This document shows positions 39,472 to 46,911 of a stretch of DNA of 64,000 nt, in pieces. A program made the position numbers and the translations under genes. The stretch is from the NCBI GenBank assembly GCA_963720545.1, contig OY970399.1, positions 3,264,001-3,328,000 on the forward strand, read 5' to 3'. The notes beneath the pieces were generated by a model, which was not told the origin of the DNA, searched no databases, and saw only the letters and a program-made list of their open reading frames with translations. This stretch comes from an uncultured Acidobacteriota bacterium. Its GTDB lineage: Bacteria > Acidobacteriota > Vicinamibacteria > Fen-336. Positions within the stretch are counted from its first letter, which is position 1, and the number at the start of each line of letters is the position of its first letter.

Positions 39472-40754
39472 CGCGTCGCGAACAGCGCGAACTCCTGCGG
39501 CCCGTAGAGCAGGCCGTTGAGGCGGGCGATGTTCTCGTTCAAAGCCTGTGCGGCGAGCGGCGGCAGCCCGTCCGTCGGCACCGCCTGCAGCTGCGCCGCG
39601 GCCTCCACCGGCCGCAGGTATTCGACGCGCACGTCGGTGAAGCCGGCCGCCGCCGCAAAGAAGGCGAGCGTGTCGGGATGCAGCGGCTTTTCATGGCTCA
39701 GGTCGCGCTGGAACACTTCGAGAAGCCCGGTCACCGAGCGCACGTTCACTGTCTCGAGGATCAGCAGCCCGCCCGGGTGCAGCGCGCGATGCGCCTCGAC
39801 CAGCACACCGTGCAGCACGCCCGGCGCCAGGTGCTCCGCCACCTGCGCGGCGAAGATGCCGCCGAGCGATGAGGTGGCGACCGCGCCGAGAAAGCCGAGC
39901 AGGTCGGCTTCGAACGCCTGCAGGCCTTGCGTGCGGCAGGCCTGCACCGCCCGCGCGTTGGAGTCGACGCCGCGCGCCTCGATGCCGGCTTCGCGCAGCA
40001 GTTCGAGGAACTCGCCGCGGCCGCAGCCGAGCTCGACCACGGGCGCATGGCCTTGCAGCTGCGCGACGTAGGGCCGCAGCCGCTCGCGAATCTCGGCGGG
40101 CGCGCCGCGATACTCGTTCTCGAACGCCTCGTAGATCGCCGAATCCATCGCGCGGGCGGCAAAGCCCGCCATGTCGAACTCGAGCGGCGTCTGCTCGATC
40201 GAGTCGCGCAGCGCGCGCAATTGCTCGGAGGCGGTCTCGAGCCGCTGGCGCATTGCCTGCATGCCCTCGAGCCGGCGGCTCATTTCCTCCTGGCGCCGGT
40301 CGAACGTCTCGAGGATGAGCTCCGCGCGCGCGCTGGTGAGCGCCGACTGCATCCGGTCGCGCGCATCGACCATCGGCTGCACGCGCTGCATGTACGCGAC
40401 CACCGCCGCCACCAGCGCGCCCGAGCGGTCGTGCAGGCGCGTGGTCTCCTGCACGAAGCCGTTCAGCAGCTGCACCAGCACCGAGTTGAAGGCTTCCTGC
40501 CGCGCCATCGCCGGCTGTACCGCGTTCCACACGGCGCGGCGATGGCGGCCCGCGAGCCCGCTCCCCGCTTCGGGCTGCGGAACTTTCCACAGCTCCTGCA
40601 GCTTCGCGAGCTGCCCGGGCAGGGTCGTGAGCTTCTCGGCGAGCACCGGTTCGCCGGCGAGCGCGTCCACGGCGGCCAGCACCTGCGCGTACGCTTCCTC
40701 TTCCTGGGCGAGGCGGGAGCGCAGCTCGTCGAACGGCGGGGCGCTGTCGCTCAC
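39468..40754 (-). CDS. Class I SAM methyltransferase with N-terminal coiled coil (glycan chain-end type)
   Basis: YEAFENEYRG, ELGCGRGEFL, GVD, QVAEHL, PGGLLILETVN, DLSHEKPLHP. Confidence 0.85.
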   Translation of the reverse strand: MSDSAPPFDELRSRLAQEEEAYAQVLAAVDALAGEPVLAEKLTTLPGQLAKLQELWKVPQPEAGSGLAGRHRRAVWNAVQPAMARQEAFNSVLVQLLNGFVQETTRLHDRSGALVAAVVAYMQRVQPMVDARDRMQSALTSARAELILETFDRRQEEMSRRLEGMQAMRQRLETASEQLRALRDSIEQTPLEFDMAGFAARAMDSAIYEAFENEYRGAPAEIRERLRPYVAQLQGHAPVVELGCGRGEFLELLREAGIEARGVDSNARAVQACRTQGLQAFEADLLGFLGAVATSSLGGIFAAQVAEHLAPGVLHGVLVEAHRALHPGGLLILETVNVRSVTGLLEVFQRDLSHEKPLHPDTLAFFAAAAGFTDVRVEYLRPVEAAAQLQAVPTDGLPPLAAQALNENIARLNGLLYGPQEFALFATR

Positions 40755-41080
40755 GCGCGCGGCGGCCGCTTTTCCAGGAACTCGAGGACCAGCCCGTCGA
40801 TCGACAGGTCTGCCGAGACCGGCAGCGGCTTCGGGTCGTACTGGCCTTCCTGCACCGAGCCGATCACGGCCTTGTGCTGGTCTTCCATGTAGCCGAGCAC
40901 CGCCTTCTCGTCCACGAGGTCGCGCAGCTTGTCGGCGACGTTCTGCCGCCGCGCGCCGAGGATCTCGCCGCCCTTGTAGACGAGGGTCTCGATCACCGGG
41001 TTCTTGGCGCCCTTGTACTCGGTCTGCACGTGGTAGGTCGTGCTGCGGCGCTTGACGTCGGTGTTGAAGCCCGAATTCAT
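40751..41080 (-). CDS. Conserved-looking hypothetical protein
   Basis: GFNTDV...YHVQTE...PVIETLVYKGGEIL pattern; strong codon bias; GTGA coupling to the methyltransferase. Confidence 0.75.
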   Translation of the reverse strand: MNSGFNTDVKRRSTTYHVQTEYKGAKNPVIETLVYKGGEILGARRQNVADKLRDLVDEKAVLGYMEDQHKAVIGSVQEGQYDPKPLPVSADLSIDGLVLEFLEKRPPRA

Positions 41081-41134
41081 CGCTGCGCCGTCCAGGTGCG
41101 GGGGTCCATTGACGCCATCCTATAATGACGGTCC

Positions 41135-41263
41135 ATGGCGCGCGATGACGAAGACGGGCCGGTGCCCCTGTTCGGCACCTGGCGGGCCATCTACACCGCC
41201 GTGATCGTGTCCGCGCTCACCGTGATGGCCCTGATCTTCGCTTTCTCGAAGTGGCCGTTCTGA
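41135..41263 (+). CDS. Small single-TM protein (42 aa), likely SSS transporter accessory subunit
   Basis: MARDDEDGPVPLFGTWRAIYTAVIVSALTVMALIFAFSKWPF*; TATAAT 8 nt upstream; ends 4 nt before the symporter; below the ORF-track cutoff. Confidence 0.75.
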   Translation: MARDDEDGPVPLFGTWRAIYTAVIVSALTVMALIFAFSKWPF

Positions 41264-41267
41264 GCCG

Positions 41268-42950
41268 GTGACGACCCTCGACTGGGCCGTCCTCATCTTC
41301 TACCTGGTCGCGATCGTCGCCTTCGGCCTCTACGCGGGGCGCGGCAACCGCAAGCTCGAGGACTTCTTCCTCGCCGGCCGCTCCATGCGCTGGTGGGCGG
41401 TGGGTCTCTCGGTGATGGCGACGCAGATCAGCGCAATCACGTTCGTCGGCACCACCGGCCAGGCGTACACCGACGGCATGCGCTTCCTGGTCGTGTACTT
41501 CGGGCTGCCGTTCGCGATGGTCATCCTGTGCGTCACGCTGGTGCCGTTCTTCTACCGCTCGGGCGTCTTCACCGCCTACGAGTATCTCGAGCGCCGTTTC
41601 GACGCACGCACCCGCACCCTCACCAGCCTGCTGTTCCTGCTGTCGCGCGGACTCGCCGTCGGCGTCACCCTGTACGCGCCGTCGCTGGTGCTGGCCGTGA
41701 TCCTCGGCTGGGGCGAGCGCTCCACCATCCTCGTCATGGGCCTCACCACCATCGTCTACGTGCTCTACGGCGGCAACAAATCGGTGATCTGGACCGACGT
41801 GGTGCAGATGGCGATCATCTGGTTCGGCATCTTCGTCTGTCTCGGCGTCGCCATCGCCAACCTGCCGCAGGACATCTCGCTGCGCGACGGACTGGCGCTG
41901 GCGCAGGCCACAGGCCGCACCCGCATCATGGATCCGTCCACCAGCCTTTCCACCCCGTACACGCTGTGGGGCGGGCTCATCGGCGGCACTTTCCTGATGC
42001 TGTCCTATTTCGGCTGCGACCAGAGCCAGGTGCAGCGGTACCTGTCGGGCGCGAATCTGACGCAAAGCCGACTGTCACTGCTGTTCAACGCATTTCTCAA
42101 AGTGCCGATGCAGTTCATGATCCTGCTGACGGGCGTGCTGGTGTTCGTCTTCTACCACTTCCATCCGCCGCCGCTCCTCTGGAACTCGCGCGCCGAAACG
42201 GCGATCACGAGCAACATCCCGGCCGCTGAGCTGGGCGCTCTGCGCGGGCGCTTCGACGCTGCGTGGAGCAGCCGCGAGCAAGCCACCCGGGCCTACCTGA
42301 AGACACGCGACGCGTCGCACCTCGCCGAATACGAAGCCGCGAGTGGCGCTCTCACAAGGGTGCGGGTGGAGACGCTTGGGCACCTGCCGCCCGCAGAACG
42401 TGCGGCTTACAACGACACCAACTACATCTTCCCGACCTACATCGTGTCGCAGTTGCCGCGCGGCATCGCCGGCCTGGTCATCGCCGTGATCTTCGCCGCG
42501 GCGATGTCGACGCTGTCGGGCGAGCTCAGCTCGCTCGCCACCGCGAGCATGGTCGATTTCTACAAGCGCTTCCTGAAGCGCGACGGCAGCGACCGCGCCG
42601 ACATCCTGGTGTCGCGCATTCTGACGGCGTTCTGGGGGCTGTTCGCCTGCTGCATCGCGCTGCGCGCCGGACAGCTCGGCTCCGCGATCGAGGTGGTGAA
42701 CCGCTTCGGCTCGTACTTCTACGGCTCCATCCTCGGCGTCTTCGGTCTCGCGGTGCTGACGCGCTGGGCGACGGCGCGCGGCGCCTTCTATGGCCTGCTC
42801 GCCGGCATGGCATCGGTCGCCGCGGTGGCGAACCTCACGCGCGTGCACTTCCTCTGGTACAACGTCGTCGGCGCCCTGGTGGTGTTCGCGGTGGGCGCCG
42901 TCATCAGCGCGGCGGACAACACGCCGTCGCCCACGGCGCGCGCCGCATAG
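41268..42950 (+). CDS. Sodium:solute symporter family protein
   Basis: FFLAGRSM, SVMATQISAITF, YEYLERRF, VIWTDVVQ, GCDQSQVQRYL, FAAAMST. Confidence 0.93.
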   Translation: MTTLDWAVLIFYLVAIVAFGLYAGRGNRKLEDFFLAGRSMRWWAVGLSVMATQISAITFVGTTGQAYTDGMRFLVVYFGLPFAMVILCVTLVPFFYRSGVFTAYEYLERRFDARTRTLTSLLFLLSRGLAVGVTLYAPSLVLAVILGWGERSTILVMGLTTIVYVLYGGNKSVIWTDVVQMAIIWFGIFVCLGVAIANLPQDISLRDGLALAQATGRTRIMDPSTSLSTPYTLWGGLIGGTFLMLSYFGCDQSQVQRYLSGANLTQSRLSLLFNAFLKVPMQFMILLTGVLVFVFYHFHPPPLLWNSRAETAITSNIPAAELGALRGRFDAAWSSREQATRAYLKTRDASHLAEYEAASGALTRVRVETLGHLPPAERAAYNDTNYIFPTYIVSQLPRGIAGLVIAVIFAAAMSTLSGELSSLATASMVDFYKRFLKRDGSDRADILVSRILTAFWGLFACCIALRAGQLGSAIEVVNRFGSYFYGSILGVFGLAVLTRWATARGAFYGLLAGMASVAAVANLTRVHFLWYNVVGALVVFAVGAVISAADNTPSPTARAA

Positions 42951-42963
42951 GTCTGGCAGCGGC

Positions 42964-44316
42964 ATGCCCTCAACCGCATTCGACTCGTTCTACCTGAAAG
43001 ACCGCTTTGGCTCGAAGGCGATGCGCGCCGTCTGGAGCGACCGCGCCATGATCCAGGCGTGGCTCGACGTTGAGGCCGGGCTCGCAACCGTCGAAGGCCG
43101 GCTGGGAGTGATCCCGAAGAAGGCGGCACGGGAGATCGCCCGCGCCGCGCGCGTCGCAAACATCGACCTGCGCGCTATGCGCCGCGAGTTCGACCGCACC
43201 TGGAACCCGGTGGTGCCGCTGGTCGATGCCCTGTGCGCGCGCGTCAGCGTGGAGGCGGCGGGCTACATCCACTGGGGCGCCACCAGCAAGAACATCTTCG
43301 ACAGCGGCACCGCGCTGCAGATCAAGGCGACGTACGCGGTGGTGTTCGCCGACCTCGAGCGCGTCATGGCGGCGCTGGCGCGGCTGGCACGCAAGCACCG
43401 CGGCACGGTGATGGCGGGGCGCACCCATGGCCAGCACGCGCTGCCCATCACCTTCGGCTACAAGGCGGCAGTCTGGCTCGACGAGCTGCTGCGCCAGCGC
43501 GAGCGCCTCGAGGCATCGCGGCCGCGGGTGCTGGTGGGGGAGCTGGGCGGCGCCGTCGGCACGCACGCGGCGCTCGGCCCCGTCGGGCTGCGCGTGCAGG
43601 CCGCGCTGATGAAGGAGCTTGGCCTCGGCGTGCCACGGGTGCCGACCAAGACCGCCGGCGACCGCTTCGCCGAGTTCTTCATGCTGCTGCTGATGCTGTC
43701 GGCGTCGCTCGGCAAGATCGCGCAGAACATCTACAACCTGCAGCAGACCGACATCGACGAAGTGACGGAATCCCCGGCCGGCAAGGTCGGCAGCTCGGCG
43801 ATGCCGCACAAGCAGAACCCGGTGGTCTCCGGCTCCATCGTGTTCCTCGGCCGCCTGGCCCGCGCCCGCGCGGGCTCGGTGCTCGACTACATCCACGCCG
43901 AGTGGGAGGACGACCACCGCCAGGGCGAAACCGCCTGGTCGTTCGCACCCGAGATCAGCTTACTGGTCGGCGCGCAGCTGGAACTGACGAAGACGCTGCT
44001 GTCGACACTCGTCGTCAAGCCGAAGAACATGCTGCGCAACCTCGACCGCGCCGGCGGCGGCGTCGCCTCGGAAGCGGTGATGATGGCGCTCGCCGAAGCG
44101 ATGGGGCGCGAGCGGGCGCACGCGCATGTGCTGGCGCTGTCGCGCACGGCGGCCAGCGCGGGCGAGCCGTTCCGTGCGGTGGCCGCGGCAGACCCGCTGG
44201 TGAAGAAACACATAGGAGCGCGGCGGCTGGCCGCGCTCCTCGACTACCGGCGCTCCCTGGGACTAGCCGAGCGCTTTGTCTCGGATGTGCTCGCCGCGTT
44301 TGCGGCGAAGCGTTAA
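42964..44316 (+). CDS. Adenylosuccinate lyase / 3-carboxymuconate cycloisomerase-like (fumarase superfamily) lyase
   Basis: WLDVEAGLA, HWGATS, MAGRTHGQHALPITFG, GAVGT, GSSAMPHKQNP. Confidence 0.88.
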   Translation: MPSTAFDSFYLKDRFGSKAMRAVWSDRAMIQAWLDVEAGLATVEGRLGVIPKKAAREIARAARVANIDLRAMRREFDRTWNPVVPLVDALCARVSVEAAGYIHWGATSKNIFDSGTALQIKATYAVVFADLERVMAALARLARKHRGTVMAGRTHGQHALPITFGYKAAVWLDELLRQRERLEASRPRVLVGELGGAVGTHAALGPVGLRVQAALMKELGLGVPRVPTKTAGDRFAEFFMLLLMLSASLGKIAQNIYNLQQTDIDEVTESPAGKVGSSAMPHKQNPVVSGSIVFLGRLARARAGSVLDYIHAEWEDDHRQGETAWSFAPEISLLVGAQLELTKTLLSTLVVKPKNMLRNLDRAGGGVASEAVMMALAEAMGRERAHAHVLALSRTAASAGEPFRAVAAADPLVKKHIGARRLAALLDYRRSLGLAERFVSDVLAAFAAKR

Positions 44317-45386
44317 TTCTTCGCGCCTTCGGCCGCCAGGAGCGCCTTCTTGCGCGCCACGCCCCAGCGGTAGCCGGTGAGCGAGCCGTCCTTGCCGACG
44401 ACACGGTGGCAGGGAATGGCGATCGCCACCGGGTTGGTGGCACAGGCACGCGCCACGGCGCGCACCGCCGAGGGCCGGCCGATCTGGCGGGCGATGTCGG
44501 AGTAGGAGCGGGTCTCGCCGGCGGGGATGCGCCGCAGCTCCTGCAGCACCTGCCATTCGAACGCGGTCGCCTGGATGTCGAGCGGCAGCTCCTTGTGCGG
44601 CGCGCGGCCGGCGGCGAGCGCCACCACCGCGCGGGTCCACTCGGCCGCCGGCCCCGGCTTCGCCTCGATCTCGGCGTTCGGATACTCCGCGCGCAGCGAC
44701 GCCACCAGGTCGCGGTCGTTCCTGCCGACGCAGACGGCGGACACGCCGCGCGCGGTGGCCGCCACCAGCACGCGGCCGAGCGGCGAGTCGGCGATGGCGT
44801 AGGAGAGCTTCATGCCGGCGCCGCCCTCGCCGTAGGCGCTCGGCGTCATTCCCAGGTGCGACGGCGTTCGCTCGTAAACACGGCTGCTCGAGCCATAGCC
44901 CACGGCATAGGTTGCTTCGGTCACGGGATCCCCCTTCTTGAGGCGCTCTTTGAGCGCGCCGAAACGGCGCGCGTCCGCGTATTCGCGCGGCGTGATCCCG
45001 ACGATGCGCCGGAAGGTGCGATGGAAGTGGTGCTGGCTGAGCCCGGCCACGGCGCTCAATTCCTGGAGGGACGGGCTCTCCTCGGAATGCGCGTCGATGT
45101 GGCGGCAGACCTGGCGCATGCGTTCCACGGCCGGATCGGGCGAGGCGAGCCCGCCCGGCCGGCAGCGGCGGCAGGAGCGGAAGCCCGCGGCTTCCGCCGC
45201 CTCGGGCACCGCGTAGAAGCTGACGTTGCGGCGCAGCGGCCGGCGCGCCGGGCACGAGGGCCGGCAATAGACCCCCGTGGTGCGCACGGCGAACACGAAC
45301 GAACCGTCGGCTTCCCGGCTGCGGCTTGCAACGGCCCGCCACCGGCTGCTCTCGTCTTCTTCCTTCCAGGGCATCATCGAGATCAT
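44313..45386 (-). CDS. ada: Bifunctional transcriptional activator / O6-methylguanine-DNA methyltransferase
   Basis: TTGVYCRPSC, GFRSCRRC Zn domain, AraC-like HTH, GETRSY, RAVARAC..N, IPCHRV. Confidence 0.95.
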   Translation of the reverse strand: MISMMPWKEEDESSRWRAVASRSREADGSFVFAVRTTGVYCRPSCPARRPLRRNVSFYAVPEAAEAAGFRSCRRCRPGGLASPDPAVERMRQVCRHIDAHSEESPSLQELSAVAGLSQHHFHRTFRRIVGITPREYADARRFGALKERLKKGDPVTEATYAVGYGSSSRVYERTPSHLGMTPSAYGEGGAGMKLSYAIADSPLGRVLVAATARGVSAVCVGRNDRDLVASLRAEYPNAEIEAKPGPAAEWTRAVVALAAGRAPHKELPLDIQATAFEWQVLQELRRIPAGETRSYSDIARQIGRPSAVRAVARACATNPVAIAIPCHRVVGKDGSLTGYRWGVARKKALLAAEGAKN

Positions 45387-45418
45387 GCCCTGAAAGTACG
45401 CCAGCACGGGACCGATCA

Positions 45419-45442
45419 CACTCCGCCGCTTGCGGTCGAAGT
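45419..45442 (-). promoter_or_regulatory. Ada-box-like operator (ACT-N6-GCAA-GCGG-CGGAG) upstream of ada
   Basis: GCAA B-box-like element 47 nt upstream of the ATG, followed by -10 TACTTT 6 nt before the ATG; twin motif at 10461-10484. Confidence 0.7.
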
Positions 45443-45466
45443 CGCGGCGGTGAAATAACATCGGCC

Positions 45467-46861
45467 ATGACCTCGCTGCGCCACCGCTCTTTCTGGCTCC
45501 AGCAGACGATGGGCGACGCGCCTGATGCCGAACCGCTGCGCGGCGAGGCGCGGGCCGACATCGCCATTTTGGGTGGCGGCTATGTCGGGCTGTGGACGGC
45601 CATCCGCATCAAGGAACAAAGCCCGGGCGCCGACGTGGTGGTGCTCGAGCAGGACATCTGCGGCGGCGGCGCCTCGGGACGAAACGGCGGCTTCGTACTG
45701 AGCTGGTGGCCGAAGCTCAGCTCGCTCGCGAGGCAGTTCGGCGACGCGACGGCAGTCGGCATTGCCCGCGGCTCGGAACGGGCGATCGCCGATCTCGGCG
45801 ACTTCTGCGAGCGGCATGCGCCAGGCGCCGACTTCCGCCGCGGCGGCTGGCTGTGGACCGCCACCTGCCCGGCGCACCTCGGCGCGTGGGACAGCGTGCT
45901 CGCCGTCTGCGAGCGTGCCGGCAGCGACGCGTTCGTGCGCCTCTCGCCGGAGGAGGCGGCACGGCGCGCCGGTTCGCCGCAGCACCTCGGCGGCGTCTTC
46001 GACCGCAGCGCCGCCATCGTCCATCCGGCGCGGCTCGCGCGCGGGCTGCGGCGCGCGGCGCTGGCGATCGGCGTGCGCATCCACGAGCACACGCGCGTGC
46101 GCGGTTTCGACCGCGGCCGGCCGGTGGTACTGCGCACCGACAGCACAACGCTGAGCGCCGACACGTTGGTGATCGCGACCAATGCCTGGGCGGCGTCGCT
46201 GCGCGAGCTGCGGAATGCCGTGGTGGTGGTGTCGAGCGACATGATCGCGACCGCGCCGATCCCCGAGCGCTTGCGCGAGATCGGCTGGCACCGCGACCTG
46301 TCGATCACCGACTCGCAGACCATGGTGGACTACTACCGCATCACCGCCGACGACCGCGTGGCGTTCGGCAAGGGCGGCTGGACCCTCGCGCTCGGCGGCC
46401 GCATCGGCGCGAAGTTCGACCAGCACCCCGGCCGCACCACGGAAGTCACCGCCGATTTCCACCGCAACTACCCGAGCCTGCGCGACGTGCCCATAACGCA
46501 TGCGTGGTCGGGACCGATCGACCGCCCGCCCGACGGCCTGCCGCTCATCGGCCGTCTCGGCGGCTGCGACAACATCTTTTATGGCATCGGCTGGAGCGGC
46601 AACGGTGTCGGCCCCAGCGTCGTTGGCGGCCGCATCCTCGCGAGCCTGGCGCTGCGTCAAAAGGACGAATGGAGCCTGCATCCGCTGGTCGAGCGGCGCG
46701 TGGCGCGCTTTCCGCCCGAGCCGATACGCTTCATCGGCGGCCACTTCGTGCGCTGGGCGGTCGCCGCGAAGGAGGGCGCCGAGCTGCGCGGCCAAAAACC
46801 CGGCGCGGTCGCGAAACTGCTGTCGCGACTCGCCCCGGACGGCCTGGAAGACAAGCACTAG
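45467..46861 (+). CDS. FAD-dependent oxidoreductase (DAO/PuuB-like)
   Basis: SFWL, ILGGGYVGLWTA, GASGRNGG, HPARLARGL, ATNAW, WSGPID, GWSGNGVG. Confidence 0.88.
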   Translation: MTSLRHRSFWLQQTMGDAPDAEPLRGEARADIAILGGGYVGLWTAIRIKEQSPGADVVVLEQDICGGGASGRNGGFVLSWWPKLSSLARQFGDATAVGIARGSERAIADLGDFCERHAPGADFRRGGWLWTATCPAHLGAWDSVLAVCERAGSDAFVRLSPEEAARRAGSPQHLGGVFDRSAAIVHPARLARGLRRAALAIGVRIHEHTRVRGFDRGRPVVLRTDSTTLSADTLVIATNAWAASLRELRNAVVVVSSDMIATAPIPERLREIGWHRDLSITDSQTMVDYYRITADDRVAFGKGGWTLALGGRIGAKFDQHPGRTTEVTADFHRNYPSLRDVPITHAWSGPIDRPPDGLPLIGRLGGCDNIFYGIGWSGNGVGPSVVGGRILASLALRQKDEWSLHPLVERRVARFPPEPIRFIGGHFVRWAVAAKEGAELRGQKPGAVAKLLSRLAPDGLEDKH

Positions 46862-46911
46862 TCCCGGTTCTCCCGAGCGAGTGCGATTCAGCGCTCCAGG
46901 ACAACGCCTGG

